Assembly: GCA_963850305.1 (NCBI GenBank)
Contig: CAWKKR010000001.1
Span: 192,001-256,000, forward strand
Direction: 5' to 3'
DNA length: 64,000 nt
Source of the DNA: an uncultured delta proteobacterium
GTDB taxonomy: Bacteria; Myxococcota_A; Polyangia; Polyangiales; Polyangiaceae
Below are positions 38,978-49,112 of the stretch, one piece after another. A program made the position numbers and the translations under genes. Each line of letters begins with the position of its first letter. The stretch's first letter is position 1. Under the pieces are notes generated by a model. That model searched no databases, was not told the origin of the DNA, and worked only from the letters and a program-made list of their open reading frames with translations.

Positions 38978-40309
38978 TTAGCCGGGCAGCGCTGCCGGTA
39001 ATCTGACGATCATCTCGGTCCCTTTTTCGAGCGCGCTCTCGACGCGGATTGTACCGCCGTGGGCGTCACAAATCGCCTTCACGAAACTGAGACCGAGACC
39101 GAGACCGGGCGCTGAACGGCTTCGGTCCCCTCGGTACAGGCGATCGAAAATGCGCGGCTGGTCGGCCTCCCCGATGCCGATGCCAGTATCGCGTACGCGG
39201 ATTTCCACGAACCGCTCGACGATGCGCGCGCTCACCTGCACGACGCCGGAGGCATTCGTATACTTGATGGCGTTGTCGAGGAGATTGGCGACGAGCTGCC
39301 GGAGACGCATCGCATCTCCGACGACGAACGCAGGTTCGACGCTCGAAACGACGTGGACTCCCTTCTCCTCCGCGACGAGATCGTAGGTCTCCAGTACCTC
39401 CCGCACCAGCGTGTCGATGGAGATGCGTTCCCGTTCGAGGTGCATGACGCCGGTTTCCGCCGCGGAGATATCCATGAGCGTACGCAGCATCGTGAGCACG
39501 CGTTCGGACTCCTCGACGGAATCGCCGAGGGCGTCTTTGAGCGCGCCCGCGTCGTCACCCCTCTGTAGCGCCAGCTCGGCGCTCGCTCGGAGACGCGCGA
39601 GCGGCGTGCGCAGGTCGTGCGCAACGTTGTCCAGCGCTTCACGCATGCCCGTGACCAGAGCCTCGTTGCGATCGAGCAATCGGTTGAACAATCCGGCGAG
39701 CTCGTCGAGCTCATCGGCACTCCCGCGGGTCCGGACGCGTGCGCCGAAGTCCCCCGAACGAAGGATGGACTCCGTCGTTTCGGTCAACGCTCGCACCGGA
39801 CGCAAAGCTCTTCGAGTGAGAAGCGCGCCGCCGAGGAGCCCCAGCAGCGCGGCCACCCCCAGGGCAGCGAGCGATGCATCGCGAATTCGCGCCAGGATTG
39901 CCCTCTCGTCCGCCTTGCTCCTCCCCACCTGTAACTCGAGGTCGCCCGACAGGGCCGTCTCGATGCGCCAGCCACTCCCCGAGAGCTTCTCGAGCGGGAT
40001 CTGCGGAGGGGCATGCTCGTAAAGCGTGGTCGCTCCCGATCGAAGACGAACGACCTCGTGCTCGCCGTGCTCACCGTGTGCGGCGACCGCCCGGGCGAGA
40101 CCGTCGGTTCCGCGGCTCTCCAGCTGGCTTCGATATTCGGCAACGTGCGCCGAGAGAATGGCGCGTTCGCTCGAGTCGATGGAGTGGGCGATGACGTAGC
40201 TCTCGACCTCGCCCACCAGGGCCACGCTCGCAACGAAGATCACGAAGTACCAGGCCGTCAGTCGCGCGCTCGTGGACCGAGCGAGCCCCCTAATCCTTCC
40301 GTAAGACAT
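38978..40309 (-). CDS. HAMP-domain sensor histidine kinase
   Basis: Two TM helices, HAMP, H-box [30 protein letters not shown]. Confidence 0.93.
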   Translation of the reverse strand: MSYGRIRGLARSTSARLTAWYFVIFVASVALVGEVESYVIAHSIDSSERAILSAHVAEYRSQLESRGTDGLARAVAAHGEHGEHEVVRLRSGATTLYEHAPPQIPLEKLSGSGWRIETALSGDLELQVGRSKADERAILARIRDASLAALGVAALLGLLGGALLTRRALRPVRALTETTESILRSGDFGARVRTRGSADELDELAGLFNRLLDRNEALVTGMREALDNVAHDLRTPLARLRASAELALQRGDDAGALKDALGDSVEESERVLTMLRTLMDISAAETGVMHLERERISIDTLVREVLETYDLVAEEKGVHVVSSVEPAFVVGDAMRLRQLVANLLDNAIKYTNASGVVQVSARIVERFVEIRVRDTGIGIGEADQPRIFDRLYRGDRSRSAPGLGLGLSFVKAICDAHGGTIRVESALEKGTEMIVRLPAALPG

Positions 40310-40970
40310 AACCCACTCCCCGGATCGTATGAATGAGCTTCTCCTTCTGCCCGCGGTCGACCTTGCTGCGCAGCCGACTCACCAGAACGTCAACGACGTT
40401 CGTCTGCGGGTCGAACGCGTAATCCCAGACGTGCTCGAGGATCATCGTCTTCGACAGCACGCGATCGGGATTCCGGAGAAGGTATTCGAGGAGGGTGAAT
40501 TCCTTGGCTTGAAGATCCATGGTGACGCCCGCTCTGCTCGCACGCCGGGTGAACAGATCGAGGGACAGATCCGCGTACTCGAGGTTCCTCGGCGGCATCG
40601 AAGTCGCCGCGCGACGTGAGAGCGCGAGGAGACGCGCGACGAGTTCGGCGAACGAAAATGGCTTCGTGAGATAGTCGTCCGCGCCCGTCTCTAGCCCCAG
40701 AACCCGGTCCTCCACGGATCCGCGAGCGCTGAGGACGATGATCGGAATCGCCACGCCCTCGGCGCGCAGCGAACGGATGACGTCCATGCCGTCGCGACCC
40801 GGGAGCATTCGGTCGATGATGGCTGCGTCGTATGCGGGGTCTCGAGCCCGGGCCGACCGCAAGCCGTCGTTCCCGTTCTTGACCCAGTCGACGCGATGGC
40901 CCTCCTGTTCGAGACCGCGTGTGACGAACGCACCGAGTTTTTCGTCGTCCTCGACCAACAGGAGGCGCAT
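40290..40970 (-). CDS. OmpR-family response regulator (CusR/CopR-like)
   Basis: [47 protein letters not shown]. Confidence 0.93.
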   Translation of the reverse strand: MRLLLVEDDEKLGAFVTRGLEQEGHRVDWVKNGNDGLRSARARDPAYDAAIIDRMLPGRDGMDVIRSLRAEGVAIPIIVLSARGSVEDRVLGLETGADDYLTKPFSFAELVARLLALSRRAATSMPPRNLEYADLSLDLFTRRASRAGVTMDLQAKEFTLLEYLLRNPDRVLSKTMILEHVWDYAFDPQTNVVDVLVSRLRSKVDRGQKEKLIHTIRGVGYVLRKD

Positions 40971-41039
40971 GAGTGACGAGTGTAGGGCATCAGAAGCGGC
41001 GTGCGGAGCCGGAGCGGGCGCATTTCGACGACATGAAAG

Positions 41040-41810
41040 TCAGGATCGTCCGGGGACCACGGGTTCGAGCTGAGTGCGTTCCACCCAGCCCGTGCGCCCG
41101 CGCGCATCATGAATGAAGACGTACGGCGGGCGCTCCTTCCCTAGCTCCACCGTACTGCCCGCCGGCAGCGAGAAGTCACTCTCGGCCGACTCGAACGGCG
41201 AGACCAGGACCGGCGCGGGGCCGACGACGATCCCCCGGTCGAGGACTCGACTCTCGACGGCCGTCGCGGCAGCCGCGGTTCCAGCAATCAGAGCTCCGCA
41301 CATCGCCACCACGAGAAGCCCTCTGCGGCGACGAGACACCATCCAGGAAAGGCCCAGCGCGCAAACGGTGACCCAGAATGCGCCCATCCCTACCCACGTC
41401 CATGCATTCACCGAAACGACGTCCGCGACGCGTTCGACGACGCCACGAGGATCCGGCGAGGTTGCGACCGACCGCGCTACCGAGAGATTTCCGCGGATGG
41501 CCTCGTCGTGCGGAGCGAGAAGCTCGGCGCGCTCGTACGCGATGATCGCACGCACCGGCTTTCCCCCGCGGAGGTAGGTGTTGCCGAGGTCGAAGAGAAG
41601 CGGCGCCGAATATCCGTTCTCCGCGACGATCCGTTCGAATTGCGACGCCGCGTCGGCGTAGTGGCCCTCGGCAAACGCGCGATTCGCCGAGTCCATCGTT
41701 GCGGCGCCGGCACCGCGGGCAAGCATCGCGAACGTGAGAGCAATCACCAGCGGTGCCAGAACGGCGCGCGCCGGGCGCAGGCCCGATTTCTTCGTGAAGA
41801 AGGACGTCAC
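41040..41810 (-). CDS. batE: BatE-like protein (TPR, TM helices, SH3-like)
   Basis: Signal peptide, TPR (DLGNTYL..AIIAYERA), TM pair, C-terminal GRTGWV; last gene of the bat cluster. Confidence 0.75.
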   Translation of the reverse strand: MTSFFTKKSGLRPARAVLAPLVIALTFAMLARGAGAATMDSANRAFAEGHYADAASQFERIVAENGYSAPLLFDLGNTYLRGGKPVRAIIAYERAELLAPHDEAIRGNLSVARSVATSPDPRGVVERVADVVSVNAWTWVGMGAFWVTVCALGLSWMVSRRRRGLLVVAMCGALIAGTAAAATAVESRVLDRGIVVGPAPVLVSPFESAESDFSLPAGSTVELGKERPPYVFIHDARGRTGWVERTQLEPVVPGRS

Positions 41811-43357
41811 GCGGCCTCCATTCGTTCGATATGCTCGAGTTCGCGGTCGACGAGCTGCTTCCAGGGGGATAGGTCGGCGTCACGGGCACCGCCGGCGGAG
41901 AAGCGCGCCGCGTCCGCGTCGAAGACCGGGCGGAGTCGCTGTACTTCATCCGGATCGAGTCGCGCCTCGAGCTCGCGGAGGGAGATGGCGCCGGGCTCCA
42001 GCTGCAAGCGCGCGCCGAGGCTGTGTTGAATCGCCGCTCGCGCCTCTGCAAAGAAAGCCGTGGCATCGCCGGTCGCTAGAGCCCGGTCCATCGCGGCGCG
42101 GTGTTCCAGCACCGCCCGCGCCGCACGTCGACGCCTCTGTCGCCGCGGGTCGTCGAAGAGCCGCTTTCGGCCCACGACGAGGAGCGCCGCCATGCCCACC
42201 GCCGCGCCGAGAGCGGCCTGCAGCTCCCAGAACCACCGCCGCGTGAAAACGGGTGCGAGCGTCGGCACAGGCGTGCCGATGGTATCGGCATTGGCTGCGA
42301 GAGTCGGCCCCGATGTCGCCTCGGGAACCGCTCCGTTCGACGTCGCCGCAGCGCCGGTGCCCGGCGCTACCTCGAGGGGGATCGGCGCCGAACTCGTCGT
42401 GACGTACTTGCCCGCGTCCGGATCGAAGTAGCTGAAGAACACCGGCGGGATCGCCGACACGCCCGCGCGGAGTGGCACGACGGGCTGGTGAAACGTCTTC
42501 TCTTCCTTGCCGTCAGTCGCGCTGGGCGTGTACGTCTTGAAGTCGGAAGACTCCGGGAGCCCGGCGACATTCACTCTGTCGAAGTTGCCTTCGCCCGTCA
42601 CCCGAATCGACAGACTGATGGGTTCGCCGGCGCGTAGCTTCATGGGATCTGCGCTGGCCGCGAGAGCGAAGTGCCCTACGGCACCGGTGAATCCAGCGGG
42701 AGCTCCCGCCGCAGGCAGCGCGTCCACCTCGAGGCTCACGCGCGGCGCGTGCAGCACGACCTCCCGGTGCTGAACGGGGCCCACTTCCGACTGGGTGAAC
42801 CGGTTCATCATTCGTTGCATCTGCTTTTGCATCTGCGCGAACGGGTCCCCTCCACCGAACAACGAATCGCCAAACGGGTCGGCACCGAATGGATCCTGCG
42901 CGGCCGAGTCATCGTCAGGAACCGGTGTCGGCACCGTCACGTCTTGCCACTCGAGCGTGCTCGGGAGGTCGATGCCGAGCGAGTATCGTCCCGCTTTCAC
43001 CGGCGAGAGACGGTCCTTCCAGGTGACGACGAGATACGGTTCGCCACCGATGAGCGTACGCCCCTGCGACGGCTCCCCCGCGCGCAGCGTGAAGTTGGAG
43101 TCGGTGAGCAGCGGGGACGCCGTGAGCGTCACCCCGGTCCCCCCTTCGAAGTACGCGCGAATCGTGACGGGGATGGATTGCCCGACGTACACCTTGCGCG
43201 CCGGTATCGCGAGTCGTACGAACGCGCGGCTCGCCTGATGTGGCGCGTCCTGCGTCGCTGCGTTCGCCGCTGCGCCGGTTGCGATGAGGGTGAGCGCAGC
43301 GACCACCGCGACTCGCGGCGCGGCGCCGAGGTGTCGGATTCGATGCGACGTGTTCAT
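41807..43357 (-). CDS. batD: BatD-family protein
   Basis: VYVGQ, FTGAVGHF, GEGNF, FSYFDPDAGKY, C-terminal TM; start MNTSHR. Confidence 0.82.
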   Translation of the reverse strand: MNTSHRIRHLGAAPRVAVVAALTLIATGAAANAATQDAPHQASRAFVRLAIPARKVYVGQSIPVTIRAYFEGGTGVTLTASPLLTDSNFTLRAGEPSQGRTLIGGEPYLVVTWKDRLSPVKAGRYSLGIDLPSTLEWQDVTVPTPVPDDDSAAQDPFGADPFGDSLFGGGDPFAQMQKQMQRMMNRFTQSEVGPVQHREVVLHAPRVSLEVDALPAAGAPAGFTGAVGHFALAASADPMKLRAGEPISLSIRVTGEGNFDRVNVAGLPESSDFKTYTPSATDGKEEKTFHQPVVPLRAGVSAIPPVFFSYFDPDAGKYVTTSSAPIPLEVAPGTGAAATSNGAVPEATSGPTLAANADTIGTPVPTLAPVFTRRWFWELQAALGAAVGMAALLVVGRKRLFDDPRRQRRRRAARAVLEHRAAMDRALATGDATAFFAEARAAIQHSLGARLQLEPGAISLRELEARLDPDEVQRLRPVFDADAARFSAGGARDADLSPWKQLVDRELEHIERMEAA

Positions 43358-43358
43358 C

Positions 43359-45377
43359 TTACCAATCCTTCTCGGGTTGGACGTCGAGGGTACGCTTGTT
43401 GGTCGAGGGCGGCGCCAGTGGAGCGACGCGCAGGTCGCCGCGCAGCGAATCGAGGAGCGCACGGGCTTCGGCTTTCGAGAGATCGCCGGGACGCAAGGGC
43501 ATCTGCGTCTCGCTCGCATCGTCCGCCGGACTCCCTTTTGCCTGTATCGCTCCGGGCTGCGGAGTCCCTTGGGGGCCGGCACTCGGCGCCGGCTGGCGAG
43601 CATTGGCTGCCTGGCCATTCGCACCTTTGTTCTGGTTCGAGTCCGCAGGCTTCGACGCCGTTTCTTGCTTCGCCTTTCCGTCCTTGCCGTTCCGGTGGTC
43701 GTCTTGGGACGTGTTCCCATTCGACCCGTCCTTGGACTCGCTGGATTCGCCGCCTTCCGACTTATCGTTTTGGGACTGCCCGGACTTGCCGCTCTTCGAT
43801 TTCTCGTCCTTGGACGAGCTCTTCTGCGACTCCTTCTGTCGGTCTTCCTTCTGCTCGTCCCGCTTCTTCTCGAGCTCCGCCAGCCGGCGTTTCACGAAGT
43901 CGAGATTGTACTGGGCGTCCCCGTCTTTCGGGTTCAACCGCAACGCCGACCCATAGTTGGAGATCGAACGCTTCCAGGCCCCGATCGTGTCGTCGATCTT
44001 TCCGCTCGCCAGCGTGCGTTCCCCGCCTCGGTACAGGGCATCGCCGAGATTGTAGTACGCCTGCTGCTGCAGCTTCAGATCGGGAGTGCGGAGTGCGCTC
44101 TCGAACGACTTCGTTGCCGTGGCCAGATCGCCCGCCCGATAAGCCGCATCGCCGACATCGAAGGTGAGCTTGGGGTCGTCCGGTGCTGCCTTCGAAGCGC
44201 CGGCATAGTCGGCCTCCGCAGCCGCGAACTGGCCGTGCCGATAGGCGCGCTCCGCGCTCTGGGGTGACGCATGCGCCAGAGGGACGTACAGAATCATCGC
44301 CGCTGCAGCGGAGGCGGCCACGGCTCGCGTCACCTTGGCCGGGGACGGCGCGATCGTTCTCTCGGAGCGCGGAGCGCGGCTCCGCCGACGCTCGCCGATG
44401 AGAGGCTCGAGGCCGAGCAGCAGCAGAGCAAGGCCCAGCGGCCACTGGTATCGCTCGATCGGTACCCGTTGGCTTCGCGACGAGAGGTCCGACAGCGGCA
44501 GGCGAGCGAGCTCTTCGCGATACAGCGACGCAAGGCCCTGCCCGTTGTCGCCTAGCGGACGATAGCTTCCGCCCGTCACGGTCGCGATGTGTCGAAGCAA
44601 CGATTCATCCAGTTTCGACGTGACGAACTCCCCGTTCGCATCCTTGACGAACGCCGTTTGACCGTCGGCCGTGCGGAGCGGGATCAGCTCGCCATGGGGT
44701 GTGCCGACTCCGACCGTGTACACGACCATGCCCGCCTTGGCCGCCCTCTCGGCCGCACTGACCGCGTCGCCGGAGAGCGCTTCACCGTCGGTCAGCAGTA
44801 CGAGGATCTTCTTGTGCTGCTCGCCGCCGAGAGCCTTGCTGGCGACGTCGAGCGCACTCGCCACGTTCGTGCCTCCGAGCGGGATCACGTTGGTGTCGAG
44901 TCCTTCGAGCGATTGTTCGAAGATCCCGTGATCGAGCGTGAGGGGCGTCTCGAGAAATGCTGTCCCCGCAAAGGCGACCAGGCCGACCCTGTCGTCCGGA
45001 AAATGCTGGACCAGGTCGCGCACGGCCAGCTTCGCTCGCTCGAGCCGGTCGGGCTTGACGTCGGGCGTTAGCATGCTCTTCGACGCATCGACCGCAAACA
45101 GGACGTCGACCCCGCGCCGGTGCGCCTCTTCCCATCGATACCCTAGGCGCGGTCGCGCGAGCGCGACGGCAAAGAACATCATGCCGGCGACGATCATCGT
45201 CTCCTTCGCGCGGCGTCGCACGCGTGACACCGACGCCGTGAGAAGCGCTGCGAGGTGTGGAGTCGCCAGCTGCTCCAGCGCGCGCCGTCGAGCGACACCG
45301 AGGTGCACTATGAGCGCGACCAGTGTCGCGCCGAGCACGACGGCGATGACCAGAAAAATGGGATGACCGAACTGCAT
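43359..45377 (-). CDS. batB: VWA plus TPR protein (BatB-BatC fusion)
   Basis: ALARP, MIDAS DASKS, PDRLERAK, PLTLDH, LLTDGE; then TPRs (YYNLGDALY, DAQYNL), low-complexity tail ending EKDW. Confidence 0.85.
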   Translation of the reverse strand: MQFGHPIFLVIAVVLGATLVALIVHLGVARRRALEQLATPHLAALLTASVSRVRRRAKETMIVAGMMFFAVALARPRLGYRWEEAHRRGVDVLFAVDASKSMLTPDVKPDRLERAKLAVRDLVQHFPDDRVGLVAFAGTAFLETPLTLDHGIFEQSLEGLDTNVIPLGGTNVASALDVASKALGGEQHKKILVLLTDGEALSGDAVSAAERAAKAGMVVYTVGVGTPHGELIPLRTADGQTAFVKDANGEFVTSKLDESLLRHIATVTGGSYRPLGDNGQGLASLYREELARLPLSDLSSRSQRVPIERYQWPLGLALLLLGLEPLIGERRRSRAPRSERTIAPSPAKVTRAVAASAAAAMILYVPLAHASPQSAERAYRHGQFAAAEADYAGASKAAPDDPKLTFDVGDAAYRAGDLATATKSFESALRTPDLKLQQQAYYNLGDALYRGGERTLASGKIDDTIGAWKRSISNYGSALRLNPKDGDAQYNLDFVKRRLAELEKKRDEQKEDRQKESQKSSSKDEKSKSGKSGQSQNDKSEGGESSESKDGSNGNTSQDDHRNGKDGKAKQETASKPADSNQNKGANGQAANARQPAPSAGPQGTPQPGAIQAKGSPADDASETQMPLRPGDLSKAEARALLDSLRGDLRVAPLAPPSTNKRTLDVQPEKDW

Positions 45378-45386
45378 GGGTTTTTC

Positions 45387-46385
45387 TCACGGAATGCGAC
45401 GAAACCGGGTCAGGCCGAGGCCGAGTTCGAGCGACAGCAGACAGAGCGCCGGGAATGCTGCCCACGAAAAGCGCTCCTCGTGCGTCTCGTAATGGCTCAC
45501 GCGATGGGTCGTCTTCTCCATGCCGTCGATCGCGGCGTAGATCTGCTTGAGGGAGTCGGTGTCCGTCGCCCGAAAGAAGCGCCCTCCCGTGGCATCCGCG
45601 ATGTGTTTGAGCGTGGCTTCATCCACATCGACCTTCGTCATCACGGTCCGGGTGGTTCCGTCCTTCTCGACCACCGGCATCGGGGCTTCTCCGCGCGACC
45701 CCACTCCGATCGTGTAGACGCGCACCCCGAGTGCCTTGGCGGCGGCGGCGGCGAGCTCGGGCTGGACGCTTCCGGCGTTGTTCACGCCGTCGGTGAGGAG
45801 AACCAGTACCTTCGACTTCGCGGGCTGGTCACGAAGGCGGTTCACCGAGGCGCCGACGGCGGACCCGATCGCCGTCCCGTCCTCGATGGACCCGATTCTT
45901 ACGCGGTCTAGGTTCTCGAGAAGATAGTCGTGGTCGAGAGTCAACGGGCTGACCAGGTAGGGGCGACCAGCGAAGGCGACCATCCCGATTCGATCGTTGG
46001 GACGGTTTTCGATGAACTTCGAGACGACGGACTTGACGATCGTCAGGCGGTCGACGGCGGCATCATGCTCGCGAAAGTCCAGCGAACTCATCGAACCGGA
46101 TACGTCCAGCGCCAGCATCAGGTCGATGCCGCTCGCTTCCGCGGTCGAGTGCGCGTGCTGGATCTGGGGACGTGCGAGGGCAAGGATGCCGAGCGCCAGG
46201 GCGGGACCTCTGGCAAGTGCCAGAAATCGCCCCCAGCGACTCTTCACCTGCTGCGACGCCGCGCGCGCCGTCGTCGTGCTGGAGAACCCCAGCGCGGGAG
46301 CCCTGCCCGAGCGTCCGCGCCACAGATAAAAGACGGGCACGAGCGCGAGGAGCCAGAGAAAGGCGGGTGACGCGAAATGGATCAT
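45387..46385 (-). CDS. batA: BatA-family VWA protein
   Basis: HFASPAFLW, ALARPQ, MIDAS DVSGSM, DGTAIG, LLTDGVNN, TGGRFFRA; start MIHF. Confidence 0.88.
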   Translation of the reverse strand: MIHFASPAFLWLLALVPVFYLWRGRSGRAPALGFSSTTTARAASQQVKSRWGRFLALARGPALALGILALARPQIQHAHSTAEASGIDLMLALDVSGSMSSLDFREHDAAVDRLTIVKSVVSKFIENRPNDRIGMVAFAGRPYLVSPLTLDHDYLLENLDRVRIGSIEDGTAIGSAVGASVNRLRDQPAKSKVLVLLTDGVNNAGSVQPELAAAAAKALGVRVYTIGVGSRGEAPMPVVEKDGTTRTVMTKVDVDEATLKHIADATGGRFFRATDTDSLKQIYAAIDGMEKTTHRVSHYETHEERFSWAAFPALCLLSLELGLGLTRFRRIP

Positions 46386-46936
46386 GCTCGGATCTCCTGG
46401 GTCGTAGATGGAGCCGCCGCGACGACGGCACGGCGAGGAGCCTGGGCAGACTCGGTCGCCGTGGTTTCGACGAAACGGCGGGCCGCGTCGACGATGGCCG
46501 TCGCGTGGCCAGCGCTCAGGGCGAGGCGCGCAAACTTGGCGAGATCGCACCACGACAGGAAGTCCGAGAGCGCGTCGCGATGCACCACGATGGGGCTCGC
46601 GGCAAGGTCGAGGAGATCGTGCAAGAACTCCTCCGTCGTGCGGTGTGCGGCCCTGAGCGAGAAGCGCGCTTCGATGTACGCGCGCACCGCGTCGGAAACC
46701 TCGGAGGAGAATTCCGAAGACGTGCTGGTCGCGAGCATCGCGCGCGCGCGCTCGATCCGCTCGAGTGCAATTTCGGCCGCGGTCTTTTCTCGGACGCGCC
46801 GGTACCGCCGAGCGAGCCGATAGACGCCATAGGCGAGCGCGATCGACAGAGCTGCGGCAACACCAATCGCCAGAGGAATCCACCAGTACGGGATGGAGAT
46901 CGGTCCGCGAATGTCGTGAATGTCGCCGGGGGTCAC
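46382..46936 (-). CDS. DUF4381-like membrane-anchored protein of the Bat cluster
   Basis: DIHDIRGP plus TM helix, RAYIEARF...TTEEF, CDLAKFA; position in the operon. Confidence 0.75.
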   Translation of the reverse strand: MTPGDIHDIRGPISIPYWWIPLAIGVAAALSIALAYGVYRLARRYRRVREKTAAEIALERIERARAMLATSTSSEFSSEVSDAVRAYIEARFSLRAAHRTTEEFLHDLLDLAASPIVVHRDALSDFLSWCDLAKFARLALSAGHATAIVDAARRFVETTATESAQAPRRAVVAAAPSTTQEIRA

Positions 46937-47853
46937 TGGAGCCTCTTTTCACGACTCCGAAAGAACCCGAGCAGCGCGGGAACGTACGGCCGGGCGGTGT
47001 CGATCTCGAGGCAGTCGACGCCCTCTCGCCGAAGGGTTCGGACCGTCTGGACGCGCCGCTCCTCGGCGAGCTTCTCGTAACGCTCCCTGACGCGCCGATT
47101 GCCGGTATCGAGCTGGACCAGCGCCCCGGTCTCGGCATCCTCGAGCGTCAGCATGCCGACGTTCGGAAGACGCATCTCTCGGGGGTCGAACAGATGGAGC
47201 GCAATGAGATCGTGCCGCCGATGCGTGATCCGGATGGCCTCGCGGAACCCGGGGACATCCACCAGTGAGCCTTCGGGCGACAGGAAGTCGCTGATCAGGA
47301 ACACGACCGCCCGGCCCCGCGTCAGAGTGTTCATGTACCGGAGCGCTCGCGCGATGTCGGTCCCCCGCTGCCGAGGCTCTGCGCCGAGCACCTCGCGCAC
47401 CACGCGCAGCACGTGTGCTCGGCCCTTCCTTGGAGGCACGTAGGTCTCCACCGTGTCGCTGAACAACAGGAGACCGACCTTGTCGTTGTTGCGCGTCGCC
47501 GACAGCGTCAGGACACTCGCGAGCTCGGCGGCGAGCTCACGCTTGCTCTTCGCCGCCGACCCGAAGTCGAACGAGCCGCTCACGTCGACGAGCAAGAGGA
47601 TCGTCAGCTCGCGTTCCTCACGGAATTTCTTGACGAACGGATGCCCCGCACGCGCCGTGACGTTCCAGTCGATCGAGCGGACCTCGTCCCCCGGGACGTA
47701 TTCGCGTACCTCGTCGAAGTCGAGCCCGCGTCCGCGGAAGACCGAGTGATAGTGCCCGGCGAGCGCGTCGTTCACCACCCGACGCGTTCGGATCTCGATC
47801 TGGCGCACCTTTCCCACCATTTCCCGCATTTGCGTCGGATTCATGGTCGTCAT
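46933..47853 (-). CDS. DUF58 (VWA-like) protein
   Basis: GHYHSVFRGRGLDFDEVREY, IDWNVTAR, DVSGS, LISDF. Confidence 0.9.
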   Translation of the reverse strand: MTTMNPTQMREMVGKVRQIEIRTRRVVNDALAGHYHSVFRGRGLDFDEVREYVPGDEVRSIDWNVTARAGHPFVKKFREERELTILLLVDVSGSFDFGSAAKSKRELAAELASVLTLSATRNNDKVGLLLFSDTVETYVPPRKGRAHVLRVVREVLGAEPRQRGTDIARALRYMNTLTRGRAVVFLISDFLSPEGSLVDVPGFREAIRITHRRHDLIALHLFDPREMRLPNVGMLTLEDAETGALVQLDTGNRRVRERYEKLAEERRVQTVRTLRREGVDCLEIDTARPYVPALLGFFRSREKRLQ

Positions 47854-47863
47854 CTCCGACTGC

Positions 47864-48947
47864 TCAGGGCACCGGGAGGGTCTCGAGGATTTGCTGGATG
47901 AGTCGTTCGGACGTGACGCCTTCCGCTTCCGCCTCGTACGTCACGGCCAGACGGTGGCGCAGCACATCGGGCGCGAGCGATTTGATGTCGAGGGGCGTGA
48001 CGTATCCACGGCCCTGCAAGAAGGCCCACGCCTTCGAGGCGAGCGTGAGATTGATGGTTGCGCGCGGCGACGCGCCGTATCGAATGTAGGGCCCGATCGA
48101 GAGCCCATAGGCTTCCGGTTTGCGTGTGGCTCCGACCAGGTCGACGACGTAGTCCTTCACTCGGTCGTCGACATACACCCTGTTCACCACGCGCCGCGCT
48201 TCCGCGATCTCGTCGACGCCGACGATTTGCCGTACGTCGAGCGACGGCTCGCTCGTGGCCATCGCATCGAGGATCGCCCGCTCCTCGGTGCGATTCGGAT
48301 ACTCGATGACGAGCTTCATCATGAAACGGTCGACCTGCGCTTCGGGCAAGGGATACGTTCCTTCCTGCTCGAGGGGATTTTGCGTCGCCATCACGAGAAA
48401 CGGCTCGGGCAGACGATAGGTGCCGTCTCCGAGCGTTACCTGGCGCTCCTGCATCGCTTCGAGGAGCGCGCTCTGCACCTTGGCGGGTGCGCGGTTGATT
48501 CTCGTCTGCCAGGACGAGATTCGAGAAGACCGGGCCGCGTTTCGTGAGAAAGTTGCCGTCGCGTGGGTTGTAAATGAGGGTGCCGACGATGTCGGCGGGC
48601 AGCATGTCCGGCGTGAATTGCAAACGGCGGAAGTCGGCCTTCAGCGCGCCGGCAAGCGTCTTGAGCGCCAGCGTCTTCGCAAGCCCCGGGACGCCCTCGA
48701 GGAGCAGGTGCCCGTTACTCAGAAGACCCACGAGCAGCCGCTCGACGAGATACCGCTGGCCAACGATGACCCGGGCGATCTCCTGCTTGAGCGGGGAGAC
48801 CCAGGCGGAGTGCCGCGCGACCTCGTCCTCGATCGCCTGGATTGTTGGATGAGCCGCGCGCGCCGGACCCGGCGACCGCGACCTCTGCGGCGACGAACCC
48901 TCCTGCGGAACGGGTTCTGGAATGGGCTCTGAGGCAAATTGTTGCAT
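47864..48947 (-). CDS. moxR: MoxR-family AAA+ ATPase, one frameshift
   Basis: Walker A GVPGLAKT, QFTPD; LADE then one extra A near 48500 before the INRAPAKVQSALLEAM frame; ATQNP..EGTYPLPEAQ, GASPRA. Confidence 0.9.
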
Positions 48948-49024
48948 GGGTCGGTCCTCGCGTTTTCGGGCTCCTCGAGTGGAGACCCAGGCGAGAATGA
49001 CCGCCGCGAACTGCCGTAGCCTTG

Positions 49025-49051
49025 CCAGAGCATTACAAGGATGAAAGGTTC
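49025..49051 (-). promoter_or_regulatory. Candidate ECF (sigmaE-like) promoter of the moxR-bat operon
   Basis: Minus strand GAACCT-16 nt-TCTGG versus sigmaE consensus GAACTT-16-TCTGA. Confidence 0.45.
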
Positions 49052-49112
49052 TCGCATCGGGGCGGCGACCCGCCTTGGCGCCTACCCTGGACGAGTGGCG
49101 GAGAGATGGGGC

